In this document: positions 55,505 to 64,000 of the stretch, one piece after another
How the letters are laid out: the number at the start of each line of letters is the position of its first letter
Numbering within the stretch: the first letter of the stretch is position 1
Assembly (NCBI GenBank): GCA_965242885.1
Contig: CBDETH010000008.1
Coordinates: forward strand, 3,374,937-3,438,936
Origin: a bacterium
GTDB lineage: Bacteria; JAAXHH01
Length of the DNA stretch: 64,000 nucleotides
Direction: 5' to 3'
Notes under the pieces: model-generated
The model's input: only the letters and a program-made list of their open reading frames with translations
Databases searched by the model: none
What the model was told of the DNA's origin: nothing
Translations under genes and position numbers: made by a program

Positions 55505-55936
55505 TTAAGCGCGCGACTTCCGTGATCCGAACCAGACACCCACCGCTCCGATCAGCGGGTTGAGCCAGTTGAACCATGCCGGATGTACAGCATTCGCGGT
55601 CGCTTCCATCATCGACACATCGTCGGGACGCGGTCCTGCCGGCATCTCCACCGGCGTCAAGGCCCGCACCACACCGAACACGATCACGAGGCCGATCAGT
55701 ATCGTGGCGGCTCGGGCATTGTGCCCCACCCGGACGCAGACCAGCCCGGCGATGTACGCCCCTACAAACCCTAGCACGAGCGATCCGAGCGCCCAGCCTA
55801 CGGGCACTTCCCACGAACCCGGCTGGAAGGCGTGCGCAGGTCCTACCGCCACCCACAGCAGCGAGAAGAGTACAAAGAGTACGGCGGCCATGGCAACATA
55901 GCCGACGATGGCCGCGAGGATGTTCCTGAGCATCAT
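55505..55936 (-). CDS. Hypothetical membrane protein (about 4 TM helices)
   Basis: Hydrophobic profile only. Confidence 0.45.
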   Translation of the reverse strand: MMLRNILAAIVGYVAMAAVLFVLFSLLWVAVGPAHAFQPGSWEVPVGWALGSLVLGFVGAYIAGLVCVRVGHNARAATILIGLVIVFGVVRALTPVEMPAGPRPDDVSMMEATANAVHPAWFNWLNPLIGAVGVWFGSRKSRA

Positions 55937-55999
55937 GTTCCTCCCTTATATCGAACCTCGTGCCCTTGGACCAGGATGGTCGACGGGGCTATGCGATCG

Positions 56000-56395
56000 T
56001 CACGCCTGATCCTTCTGCGCCATAATCTGGATCAAATTGCCACAGGTGTCGTCGAAGGCGGCAATAACAACGTCCCCGGCATCCGTAGGCGGCTGTACGA
56101 ATCGCACACCCTTTGCCACGAGACGCTCGTGTTCGGCTTCGACGTTGTCGACCGTGAAGGCGGTCCAGGGGATACTGTCCTCCACGAGGGCCTTCTTGAA
56201 CGGTCGCATCGGGGGATAGGCGTCAGGTTCGAGCACCAGCTCCGTTCCATCCGGATCATCCGCGGATACCAGGGTGATCCAGGAATGTTCTCCCAGGGGT
56301 ATGTTGTGCTTCAACTGGAAGCCGAGTGTTTCCGTGTAGAAGCGAAGCGCCTTCTGCTGGTCATCTACCGTGACGCTGGTGTGTGTGATTCTCAT
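56000..56395 (-). CDS. VOC (glyoxalase/bleomycin-resistance/dioxygenase) family protein
   Basis: ITHTSVTVDDQQKALRFYTETLGF and a paired beta-alpha-beta-beta-beta-like layout. 131 aa. Confidence 0.8.
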   Translation of the reverse strand: MRITHTSVTVDDQQKALRFYTETLGFQLKHNIPLGEHSWITLVSADDPDGTELVLEPDAYPPMRPFKKALVEDSIPWTAFTVDNVEAEHERLVAKGVRFVQPPTDAGDVVIAAFDDTCGNLIQIMAQKDQA

Positions 56396-56441
56396 TACTC
56401 GAAACCCTCCTCTGCACGGTGTGAAGTCTGCGTCAGGGAAA

Positions 56442-57455
56442 CTAGCAGGGATTCAAATCCACGGGCCGTCCCTCGTCCATGGACGCGTGCACGGCGTCGA
56501 TGACCCGCATGTTGCCCAGGCTGTTTTCCGGTGGAATCCGGTGCGGCCCGCCGGATTCGAGACAGTCGCCAAGGTGCCGCAGTTGATTGGTGAATTGAAA
56601 GACCGGGGCAAACCGGATGGTTCTTTCTTCCCCGTCGTTTTTTCTGATTACCAGCGCCACCGGATGGTCTTCGTTGTTCCAGGCCATGTCCATTCGCATG
56701 TAGCCGTCCGTACCGAACACCTCGAACTCCTGGGAACCGTAGAACCGGAAGGAAAAGGCGCACTGCGCGCTGATCTCATCTGGGAACTCGAGTTGGGCCA
56801 GGACGGACTCCGGCACCCCGGACCGCTGGCCGTAGTGGCCGCGCGCAAGGACCCGTTCCGGTTCGCCGCCCGCGATGAACCGGGCGTGGTGTATGCAGTA
56901 GCAGCCCAGGTCGTAAACGGCCCCGCCGCGCTTCTTCCGGTTGAACCGCCAGTTGTAGTCCGGCCTCAGGTTACCGGGATCGACCGCGGCCGTAAAGGTG
57001 CTGCGGATCAGTTTGACCTTGCCGATCTCGCCGGCGTCTATGAGTTCCTTCGACCTGATATGGCACGGGTGATGGCGGAACTTGAAGGCTTCGGCGAGCA
57101 GGACGCCGTGGTCCCGCGCGGTTTCGATCATGGCTTCGCACTCGGCCGCCGTCGAACTGATGGGCTTTTCGCAGAGAATCGCCCTGACCCGGCCGGTCCG
57201 CGCGGCCCGGATAGTGAGATCCGCGTGTGAATCGCCCCAGGTACAGACGGACAGGATGTCGATTTCCTCTTCCTGCAACATGCGCTCCAGGTCCGTGTAT
57301 CGGCGGGAGACCCCGAAGGTCTCGCCGAACCGGTCCACCGCCTCCTCCGAGACGTCGCAGATCGCGGCGAGTTCCGCTTCGGGCGCTTCACGGGCCGCCC
57401 TGCCGTGGCAGTGCGCGATGCCGCCCACGCCGACGATGCCCACCCTGAGGGCCAT
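56442..57455 (-). CDS. Gfo/Idh/MocA family oxidoreductase
   Basis: LRVGIVGVGGIAHCH Rossmann motif and the EKP motif (ILCEKPISS). The 259-codon N-terminal extension in the ORF track overlaps the upstream gene and was rejected. Confidence 0.85.
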   Translation of the reverse strand: MALRVGIVGVGGIAHCHGRAAREAPEAELAAICDVSEEAVDRFGETFGVSRRYTDLERMLQEEEIDILSVCTWGDSHADLTIRAARTGRVRAILCEKPISSTAAECEAMIETARDHGVLLAEAFKFRHHPCHIRSKELIDAGEIGKVKLIRSTFTAAVDPGNLRPDYNWRFNRKKRGGAVYDLGCYCIHHARFIAGGEPERVLARGHYGQRSGVPESVLAQLEFPDEISAQCAFSFRFYGSQEFEVFGTDGYMRMDMAWNNEDHPVALVIRKNDGEERTIRFAPVFQFTNQLRHLGDCLESGGPHRIPPENSLGNMRVIDAVHASMDEGRPVDLNPC

Positions 57456-57472
57456 GGTGATTTCCCTTTCGT

Positions 57473-58330
57473 TCAGGCCGAACGTCTCAAATCCAATATC
57501 TTCGCCGCCGGTCCCACCAGGAACAGCGCGTACAGCGGCGCGTTCACGATTTCGAAGAGCCGCAGGATCATCTCTGCCAGCGCCACCAGAAAAGCCACCC
57601 CGATGCGGCCGTTGCGCGAGGACACGGACGTGGCGGGGTCCGTGACCATGAAGAAGGCCATGAGCTGGTACATGGGGCCGGTGATGGGCGCGACTTCGGA
57701 CAGGAACGGGGTCCCGGTCATCAAGGACCGCACGTAAGCGAGCGCTACGAAGGACGCGGCGTAGGTGAAGGTAACGTGAAATCGCTTCGCCCGCCAGAGG
57801 ATGACCGAACCCAGTACCCAGATCACGGCCATGGCCCAGAGGTCGTTGCCCCACTGCTCGCTCAGGGCGGCCACGGTCCCGGGCGCGGCGAAGAGCACCA
57901 CGCAGATGCCCAGGTTGGATGGATTCCACAGGTGCCGGCCCCTGAAGCGGAGGACGTACTTCGACAGGATGGAAAGCAGGCTGGCGATGGCGTAGGGCCA
58001 CAGGGCAAGCGACCTCAGCAGAATGCCGCAGCTGATCCCGGTGATGTACGCGCTGGCGGGGTTGAGCCACCTGCCCGTCAGCAGGCGGCCCAGGGCCAGC
58101 TCCGCCGCCAGGGCCGCGGCGATCGCCGTGAAGAGCTGCGACAGGTCGTGGAGGAATCCCACGTAAACCTGGCCGAAGACCAGGATCAGGGTGATCAGGC
58201 CGGAGGACAGGTACCGCGGGTCGATCTGCCATCCCGCCCCCTTCGGCGGCCCCGGCGTTGGTCCCTTAGGCGGTCCCTTCGGTGATCCCGCGTCGGATCC
58301 GGACTCAGCGGCCTTCGTTTCGTTCATCAT
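57473..58330 (-). CDS. Polytopic membrane protein, possibly UnbU-like
   Basis: About 8 TM helices. The start ATGATG overlaps the stop of the FG-GAP/ASPIC gene, with a GGAGGG RBS. Pairing with an UnbV-like protein suggests the UnbU family. This is a tentative, by-eye call. Repeat-derived GSPKGPPKGPTPGPPKG N-terminus. Confidence 0.5.
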   Translation of the reverse strand: MMNETKAAESGSDAGSPKGPPKGPTPGPPKGAGWQIDPRYLSSGLITLILVFGQVYVGFLHDLSQLFTAIAAALAAELALGRLLTGRWLNPASAYITGISCGILLRSLALWPYAIASLLSILSKYVLRFRGRHLWNPSNLGICVVLFAAPGTVAALSEQWGNDLWAMAVIWVLGSVILWRAKRFHVTFTYAASFVALAYVRSLMTGTPFLSEVAPITGPMYQLMAFFMVTDPATSVSSRNGRIGVAFLVALAEMILRLFEIVNAPLYALFLVGPAAKILDLRRSA

Positions 58331-60156
58331 CCCTCCGGTTCGGTCACGATGTGCAGCCGGTTGATTTCGGGACGCTCCAGCGTCTGCACCGTCCCGCCCG
58401 GCCAGCGTATCTCGACCCGTTCGATCTCCGTGGCGTCCCCCAGTCCGAAATGCCGTCTCCGCTGGCTCTGGGCGGCGAAACCCGCGCCCGCCGTCACGAC
58501 CTGGAGTTGTTGCCGGCCGTCCCAGAATACCCGGATCTCCGCGCCGATGGCGCTCGCGTTGCCGCGGGTGCCCTTCAATTCGAAGGCAATCCACGCGTTC
58601 TCATCGGTGACCTCGTTCCGGTACAGGATCAGGGGACCATCCTGGTTGGCCACCACCACGTCGAGCACGCCCCTGTTGTAGAGGTCCGCGAGGGCGACCC
58701 CCCTGCCGTCATACCGGTCGTTTACGCCGACGGATTCCGCCACGTCGTAGAAGCGCCCGGTACCGTCGTTCAGGTACAACCTGGACCGCTCGAATCCCGA
58801 CAGGCTCTGATCGCCCATGGGCGCCCAGTTCCGCACGTCCTGGAAGATGTTGTTGTTGCCCATGGCGACGCGCGACATCTCGTACCAGTAGTCCTCTTCC
58901 GGATCGGCTGATACGAAGCCGTTGGTGACGAAGAGGTCCACGGAACCGTCGTTGTTCAGGTCCCCGAACTGCGCGCCCCAGGCCCAGCCCGCGTCTGCGA
59001 TTTCACCTTCCGCGATGTTGATCATCCGACCGTTTTCCGCGATCAGGTTGCGGCGGAGATTGTTCCCCTGGAACAGGTAGCCACGCTTCGAGATATTCGT
59101 CACGTAGACGTCCGCGCGGCCGTCATTGTACAGGTCGCCGAAGGCCACGTTCATGCCGCTTTTGGAGGTCTCTTCCAACGAGGTCCCGGTGGCCTGCTCG
59201 AAACGCTTCCCTTCGATATTGAGGAGGAGCACCTCGGGACCGTAATCGTTGGCCAGGTACAGATCGGGCCAGCCGTCGCCGTTCAGATCCGCCGCGCCGA
59301 CGGACATGGTCCACCGCGTGCAGTCCGCCCCGTAGGCTTCCGTCACGTCCTCGAAGCGGCCGTTTCCCCGGTTCAGGAAGAGGTAATTGTGCCCGCCGTT
59401 GTTCGCGTATTCGAAACTCTCCTGCATGATGCGCGTCGTCGTAACCTGCCACAGGTCATGAACTTCCGAGAAATACCCGCCCACGTAGAGATCGATCAGG
59501 CCGTCCCGGTCTACGTCCGTCCACACGGCGCTGTTGGCGTTCATCCACCGGTCGAGCCCGGCCGCGCCGGTCGCGTCCTCGAAGCGGCCGTCGCCCAGGT
59601 TCCGGTACAGGCGCTGACGGCCCCACATGTAGATGAAGACGTCCTCGTACCCGTCGTTGTCGTAGTCCCCCCACGCCGAGCCCATGGACACGCCGCCGTC
59701 TCCGTTCACATCGGCCAGGCCGGCCGCTCCGGCCACCTCCGCGAAGCTTCCGTCGCCCAGGTTCCGGTACAGGGCGTTCGGCGTCCCTTTACGGCTGCTG
59801 GTCGCGTAAAGGTCCTGCCACCCGTCGTTGTCGTAATCCACGACCGATACGGATGCCCCGAGGGCCGAGATATGGGGCATGATCGGGTCGAGTTTCGGAT
59901 CGAGTTGCGGCTTCGCATGGACGAAATCTATGCCGGCCGCCGCCGTCGCGTCGGTCAGCAGGAACCCGTATCGACCTGGGTTTGCCTCGTCTGTCTCGTG
60001 TCCTTCTGTCTCGCGTACGCCTGGCTCTCGTACGCCTGGCGCACGCACGTCATTCTCGCGCGACAGCCACCGGTCGAGGTAGAAGGGAGTAATGATCAGA
60101 ATGATGAACAGAGCGGTTGCCGATGTCCGTATCGTACTGGAGGAGGCTGGTGACAT
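58327..60156 (-). CDS. FG-GAP/VCBS-repeat protein with a C-terminal ASPIC/UnbV domain (CRTAC1 family)
   Basis: Repeated DxDxDGxxD calcium-type motifs with LYRNLGDGxFE spacing. C-terminus FAAQSQRRRHFGLGDA...VEIRWPGG. Start taken at MSPASS (signal anchor). Alternative starts lie at 60270 and 60276. Confidence 0.8.
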   Translation of the reverse strand: MSPASSSTIRTSATALFIILIITPFYLDRWLSRENDVRAPGVREPGVRETEGHETDEANPGRYGFLLTDATAAAGIDFVHAKPQLDPKLDPIMPHISALGASVSVVDYDNDGWQDLYATSSRKGTPNALYRNLGDGSFAEVAGAAGLADVNGDGGVSMGSAWGDYDNDGYEDVFIYMWGRQRLYRNLGDGRFEDATGAAGLDRWMNANSAVWTDVDRDGLIDLYVGGYFSEVHDLWQVTTTRIMQESFEYANNGGHNYLFLNRGNGRFEDVTEAYGADCTRWTMSVGAADLNGDGWPDLYLANDYGPEVLLLNIEGKRFEQATGTSLEETSKSGMNVAFGDLYNDGRADVYVTNISKRGYLFQGNNLRRNLIAENGRMINIAEGEIADAGWAWGAQFGDLNNDGSVDLFVTNGFVSADPEEDYWYEMSRVAMGNNNIFQDVRNWAPMGDQSLSGFERSRLYLNDGTGRFYDVAESVGVNDRYDGRGVALADLYNRGVLDVVVANQDGPLILYRNEVTDENAWIAFELKGTRGNASAIGAEIRVFWDGRQQLQVVTAGAGFAAQSQRRRHFGLGDATEIERVEIRWPGGTVQTLERPEINRLHIVTEPEG

Positions 60157-60365
60157 GGACTGAAGGGCAAGATTTCCAGCGGGTGGAAAGTCGGGAATGT
60201 CACGTGTATTCCGACGTGGTCCAAGTGCCATTTCAAGGTAGAAACCCGGCACTGGCCTGTCAAGATGCATTGACACGCCGGGACGGAAGCACTATAAACT
60301 CACCGACAGCCTGATCGGCAGATCGATCGTAGTTCCCCGCGACTCATATCCTACTGGAGTGATCA

Positions 60366-61163
60366 ATGAGGACTTTCCTTTTGCGCGCCATCCCATCCTT
60401 TCTTCTGCTTGCCTTCCTGAGTGGCGTTTCAGCACACGTCCACGCCCAGGCCTCCCTGCTGGACCGGATCCAGGAACGGGGCGAGATCCGAATTGGGACG
60501 ACCGGCGACTACAAGCCTTTCACCTATCTGAATCCGGAGACCGGTACCTACGAGGGCATGGACATCGACGCGGCACAGTTGCTCGGTGAAGCCCTCGGCG
60601 TCAGCGTCCGGTTCGTGCCGACGACCTGGAGCACGCTATCGGACGACACCATGGGTGACCGGTTCGACCTGGCCATGAGCGGCATTACGCGGACGCTCGA
60701 TCGGCAGAAGATCCTCGCGCTTACCAACCCGTACGTCACTATCGGAAAGTCGGCGCTCATCAGAAAGTCCGACCGCAACCGTTTCAGGGGACTGCAGGAC
60801 ATGGACCGGCCCTGGGTGCGGATCGGGGTAAACCGCGGCGGCACCAACGAAGCCTTCGTGCGGGCCAACATCCGGCAGGCGACGATCGTCATGTTTGAGA
60901 ACAACCTGGACGTCCAGCCGGCCGTGGCGGAGGGAGACGTGGACGTGATGTTCACGGACAACGTGGAGGCGGTGATCTACGCGAGACAGAATCCGGTGCT
61001 GTACGCCCTGAGTCCGGGTGAACCGCTGACCCGGGAAGATATAGGATACATGACCGTCCGCGGCGACCAGCCCTTCGTCAACTTCCTGAACCTGTGGCTG
61101 TTTCAAATGGAACAGAAGGGAACGCTCGATGCGCTGAGGAGCAAGTGGATCGGGGAGTACTGA
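60366..61163 (+). CDS. Periplasmic solute-binding protein, family 3 (amino-acid ABC / cyclohexadienyl dehydratase-like)
   Basis: Signal peptide, IRIGTTGDYKPFTY, GMDIDAA and a WSTL-type hinge. Confidence 0.75.
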   Translation: MRTFLLRAIPSFLLLAFLSGVSAHVHAQASLLDRIQERGEIRIGTTGDYKPFTYLNPETGTYEGMDIDAAQLLGEALGVSVRFVPTTWSTLSDDTMGDRFDLAMSGITRTLDRQKILALTNPYVTIGKSALIRKSDRNRFRGLQDMDRPWVRIGVNRGGTNEAFVRANIRQATIVMFENNLDVQPAVAEGDVDVMFTDNVEAVIYARQNPVLYALSPGEPLTREDIGYMTVRGDQPFVNFLNLWLFQMEQKGTLDALRSKWIGEY

Positions 61164-61262
61164 TATAGGATTACTGACATAATTGTATTGCGAAGTCGCC
61201 TTTCCCTCCCTATCTTAGATGCGGCCTCATTCAAATCCCAAATCCTGAAAAGGAGCGAGTCT

Positions 61263-63047
61263 TTGGCCGGTGCCCCGGACTATAGCGACGATGTGTTTTT
61301 TAATGAAGTCGACCTGGACGCCCACAGCGCCAAGACCGTAGAATCCGAGGCCATCGAGTTCTTCCCCACCGATTACCGCATCGGCCGGACCAAGTACATC
61401 TTCGTCACCGGCGGCGTCATGTCCGGCGTCGGCAAAGGCGTCTTCAGCGCCTCTCTCGGACACCTGCTCAAGCATTACGGATTCACGGTCTCCCAGATCA
61501 AGATCGACGGCTACCTGAACCAGGACGCCGGCACCATCAACCCCTACCGCCACGGGGAAGTGTTCGTGCTCGAGGACGGCACCGAATGCGACATGGACCT
61601 GGGTACCTACGAGCGCTTCCTCGACGATAACCTGAACCGGAACAACTACATCACGTCGGGCCGGGTATATCGCATCATTCTCGACAAGGAACGGCGGGGC
61701 GAATACCTGGGCCGTGACGTGCAGGTCGTCCCCCACGTGACCGGCGAGATCAAGAACCTGATCCGGACAAAGGCCCACGAGGGCCCCTACGACATCCTGG
61801 TCGTCGAGATCGGCGGCACGGTCGGGGACATCGAAAACATCCATTTCATCGAAGCCGCCCGCGAGATGCTCTACGACGAGGGACGGGACAACGTCATGTC
61901 GGTCCACGTCACGCAGGTGCCCTACAATGCGTCCGCCGGGGAATTGAAGACCAAGCCTACGCAGCACAGCGTCAAAGCGCTGCTGCAACTGGGCATCCAG
62001 CCCGATATCGTGGTGTGCCGCTCGGCCATACCCCTGAACAAGAGCGTCCGCCAGAAGATCAGCCTCTTCTGCAACATCGCCGAGGACCGCGTGGTCAGCA
62101 GTCCGGACACGGATTCCATCTATCGGGTGCCGGCCCTGCTCGACCGCCAGGAGACGGTGCAGATCGTCGCCGACAAGCTCAACGTCAACCTCCCGCAGCG
62201 TACCGACCAGCGTCCAGAGATGTTCGACATCTACCTGAAGTACCTGTCGGGAAGCCACCCCGAAGTACGCATCGCCATCACCGGCAAGTACACGGCGCTC
62301 CACGATTCCTACGTGAGCATCCTGAACGCCCTGGACCACAGCAAGGTCGCCGTGGGCGCTGAGATCACCACCGAGTGGATAGACACGACCGATTTCTCGA
62401 GTGATCAGGCGCTGGACGAGGGCATGCTGGACGGGATTTCAGGGATCATCGTGCCCGGCGGCTTCGGCGAGCGGGGCGCCGAGGGCAAGATCCGTTTCAT
62501 TCAGTACGCCAGGGAGAACGGATTGCCGTTCCTGGGCCTGTGCTACGGCTTCCAGCTGGCCGTGGTGGAGTTCGCGCGAAACGCGTGCGGCATGCTGGAA
62601 GCGGCCCACGCGGAATTCGACGCGGAGACTGAAACGCCGGTCATCTACCTGTTGCCCGACCAGCGAAAGCTGACCGGCATGGGGGCCACGATGCGGCTCG
62701 GAGGACATGAAGTGAAAGTGAAGGCCGGTACGGAAGCCCACCGCTGCTACGGATCTGAAGCGGCCGTCGAACGGTTCCGCCACCGGTACGAGTTCAACAA
62801 CCAGTACAGGGAACTCATCGAGCACAAGGGCATGGTATTCTCCGGCATGACGCCCGACGAGGAGATCATGCAGATCCTGGAAATCCCCACACACCCCTTC
62901 TTCGTAGGCACCCAGTTCCACCCCGAGTTGACCAGCCGTCCTTACAGACCCCACCCCTTGTTCAGAGGCCTGGTCCAGGCCGCATTGACATACGCTGAAT
63001 CAGCAGAAAACCGGCAGGTGGCCATGGAGGCCGGGCAAGCGGAATAG
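61263..63047 (+). CDS. pyrG: CTP synthase with an N-terminal extension
   Basis: KYIFVTGGVMSGVGKG, the GTVGDIE block and the glutaminase GLCYGFQ active-site Cys. There is no in-frame ATG before the core. TTG 61263 has AAAGGAG 7 nt upstream. Alternatives are TTG 61188 and GTG 61293. Confidence 0.9.
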   Translation: MAGAPDYSDDVFFNEVDLDAHSAKTVESEAIEFFPTDYRIGRTKYIFVTGGVMSGVGKGVFSASLGHLLKHYGFTVSQIKIDGYLNQDAGTINPYRHGEVFVLEDGTECDMDLGTYERFLDDNLNRNNYITSGRVYRIILDKERRGEYLGRDVQVVPHVTGEIKNLIRTKAHEGPYDILVVEIGGTVGDIENIHFIEAAREMLYDEGRDNVMSVHVTQVPYNASAGELKTKPTQHSVKALLQLGIQPDIVVCRSAIPLNKSVRQKISLFCNIAEDRVVSSPDTDSIYRVPALLDRQETVQIVADKLNVNLPQRTDQRPEMFDIYLKYLSGSHPEVRIAITGKYTALHDSYVSILNALDHSKVAVGAEITTEWIDTTDFSSDQALDEGMLDGISGIIVPGGFGERGAEGKIRFIQYARENGLPFLGLCYGFQLAVVEFARNACGMLEAAHAEFDAETETPVIYLLPDQRKLTGMGATMRLGGHEVKVKAGTEAHRCYGSEAAVERFRHRYEFNNQYRELIEHKGMVFSGMTPDEEIMQILEIPTHPFFVGTQFHPELTSRPYRPHPLFRGLVQAALTYAESAENRQVAMEAGQAE

Positions 63048-63050
63048 CGG

Positions 63051-63173
63051 GAAGATGGACGTGCGTCCGGTCGGCTCGGGCAGGTACCCGGGAAGTTGGA
63101 CGTGCGTCCGGTCGGCCCGGGCAGGCACCCGGGAAGTTGGACGTGCGTTCGGTCGGTCCGGGCAGGCACCCGG
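63051..63173. repeat. Three copies of a 41-bp tandem repeat in the convergent pyrG/rpsT spacer
   Basis: gaagwtggacgtgcgtccggtcggcycgggcaggyacccgg repeated three times. Each unit contains the short palindrome GGACGtgCGTCC. Confidence 0.9.
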
Positions 63174-63197
63174 GAACAGGCTACAGGCTCAGTTGGG

Positions 63198-63443
63198 CTA
63201 GTTGGCCTGTTTCGTCAGCCTGGACTTAATGCGGGCGGCGGTCCGCCGGTGCATCACACCGCGCTTGACGGCTTTATCCAGCTTGGAATAGGCCTGTCCG
63301 AGAAGCCCGGGCGCCGCTTTGGCGTCCGTGTTCGCGCGCAGGCGCTTGATGGCGGTTCGGAGAGCGGACTTGACCGTGGCGTTGCGTCGCTGACGGACGC
63401 TTTCCTGGCGCAAACGCTTTTTGGATGAAACGAGGGTTGGCAA
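63198..63443 (-). CDS. rpsT: 30S ribosomal protein S20
   Basis: SSKKRLRQ...RRN...KSALRTAIK pattern, basic, about 80 aa. Apparent TTG start. Confidence 0.85.
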   Translation of the reverse strand: MPTLVSSKKRLRQESVRQRRNATVKSALRTAIKRLRANTDAKAAPGLLGQAYSKLDKAVKRGVMHRRTAARIKSRLTKQAN

Positions 63444-63666
63444 ATTTTACTCCCTTAATACGCTGAATACGCTGAATCGTCAAAAATACCGCACGGTGTC
63501 TCGGCCGATGCGGCCTGTCGTGATGCGGCCTGTCGTCCGGCTCGCAGGGTCCGGTTTGAACCAGCACCAAATTAGGTGGCGAGTCGCCGGAAGTCAAGGT
63601 TAAATTGATTTGATGGCGTGGGAGTTACCAGACCTCTCGAATCCACGTAACGGACGATCCTTCCCA

Positions 63667-64000
63667 TGGCTCTCGAACCGACCGATATCGAAAAGAAACT
63701 CAAGTCGCTCCCCGGCAAACCGGGCGTGTACCTGATGAAAGACGCCCGGTCGCGTATCATCTACGTGGGCAAGACCCGTGCGCTGCGGCAGCGGATTCGC
63801 TCATATTTCCAGAAGACCCGTCTCACGGCGCCCAAGGCCGTCGCCCTGGCCAGCCGGATCCGTGACTTCGACTACGTGGCCACCGAATCGGAGGTCGATG
63901 CGCTGCTCCTGGAAGACCATCTCATCAAGGAGCATAAGCCGAAGTACAACGTGATGCTGCGCGACGACAAGTCCTTTCCCTTCATCATGGTGACCAACGA
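63667..64000 (+). CDS. uvrC: Excinuclease ABC subunit C, N-terminal GIY-YIG fragment. The 3' end lies outside the window.
   Basis: PGKPGVYLMKDARSRIIYVGKTRALRQRIRSYF ... EVDALLLEDHLIKEHKPKYN. The frame is open to the window edge and is not in the ORF track. Confidence 0.9.

Noticed and set aside
57456-58232. A 259-codon N-terminal extension of the Gfo/Idh/MocA ORF (ORF-track 56442-58232).
   Set aside because: It overlaps the possibly UnbU-like membrane gene in another frame and its translation is Arg/Pro-rich nonsense. The Rossmann motif follows directly after the Met at 57455.
63444-63666. A possible tRNA or small RNA in the 223-nt rpsT/uvrC divergent spacer.
   Set aside because: No cloverleaf-compatible arms or T-loop GTTCRANNC motif were seen. 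The region contains two short tandem duplications (AATACGCTG twice, GATGCGGCCTGTCGT twice) and most likely holds the divergent promoters.

Overview
High-GC bacterial chromosomal segment, probably from an uncultured diderm (LptF/LptG permeases and a TPR lipoprotein are present). It is densely packed with about 56 protein genes. I found no rRNA, tRNA, CRISPR array, transposase or integrase. Housekeeping genes: addB (5' partial)-addA, lpdA, ruvX-mltG, hrpA, queC, nadE, hemH/hemQ (coproporphyrin-type heme branch), pyrK-pyrD-pyrF, ssb, lptF-lptG, metK, pyrG, rpsT, uvrC (3' partial). Accessory content: two PhyH-family dioxygenases, a TauD/TfdA dioxygenase, a formylglycine-type sulfatase, a YbdK-type carboxylate-amine ligase, a C45 (AAT-like) Ntn hydrolase, a ComB-like phosphatase, a GT-C/GT2 glycosyltransferase pair, an FG-GAP/ASPIC (CRTAC1/UnbV-like) protein paired with a polytopic membrane protein (possibly UnbU-like), and an orphan PcfJ-like protein. 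The best candidate for an undescribed system is a seven-gene, translationally coupled minus-strand operon (44895-51516). It is built around a 600-aa GlmL/MutL-type ASKHA-fold ATPase, with four integral membrane proteins and two unknown soluble proteins, and no B12 mutase partner in the window. The second unusual theme is a pervasive family of short degenerate tandem repeats, many sharing a CTGGTC/GACCAG core with 9-bp periodicity. They sit in intergenic spacers and, in frame, inside otherwise conserved housekeeping genes (addA, hrpA, hemH, hemQ, GT2 and others). In two places a tandem duplication includes a gene's last codons plus its stop codon. All functional calls rest on motif recognition by eye. 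No database search was run, and several start codons are uncertain.
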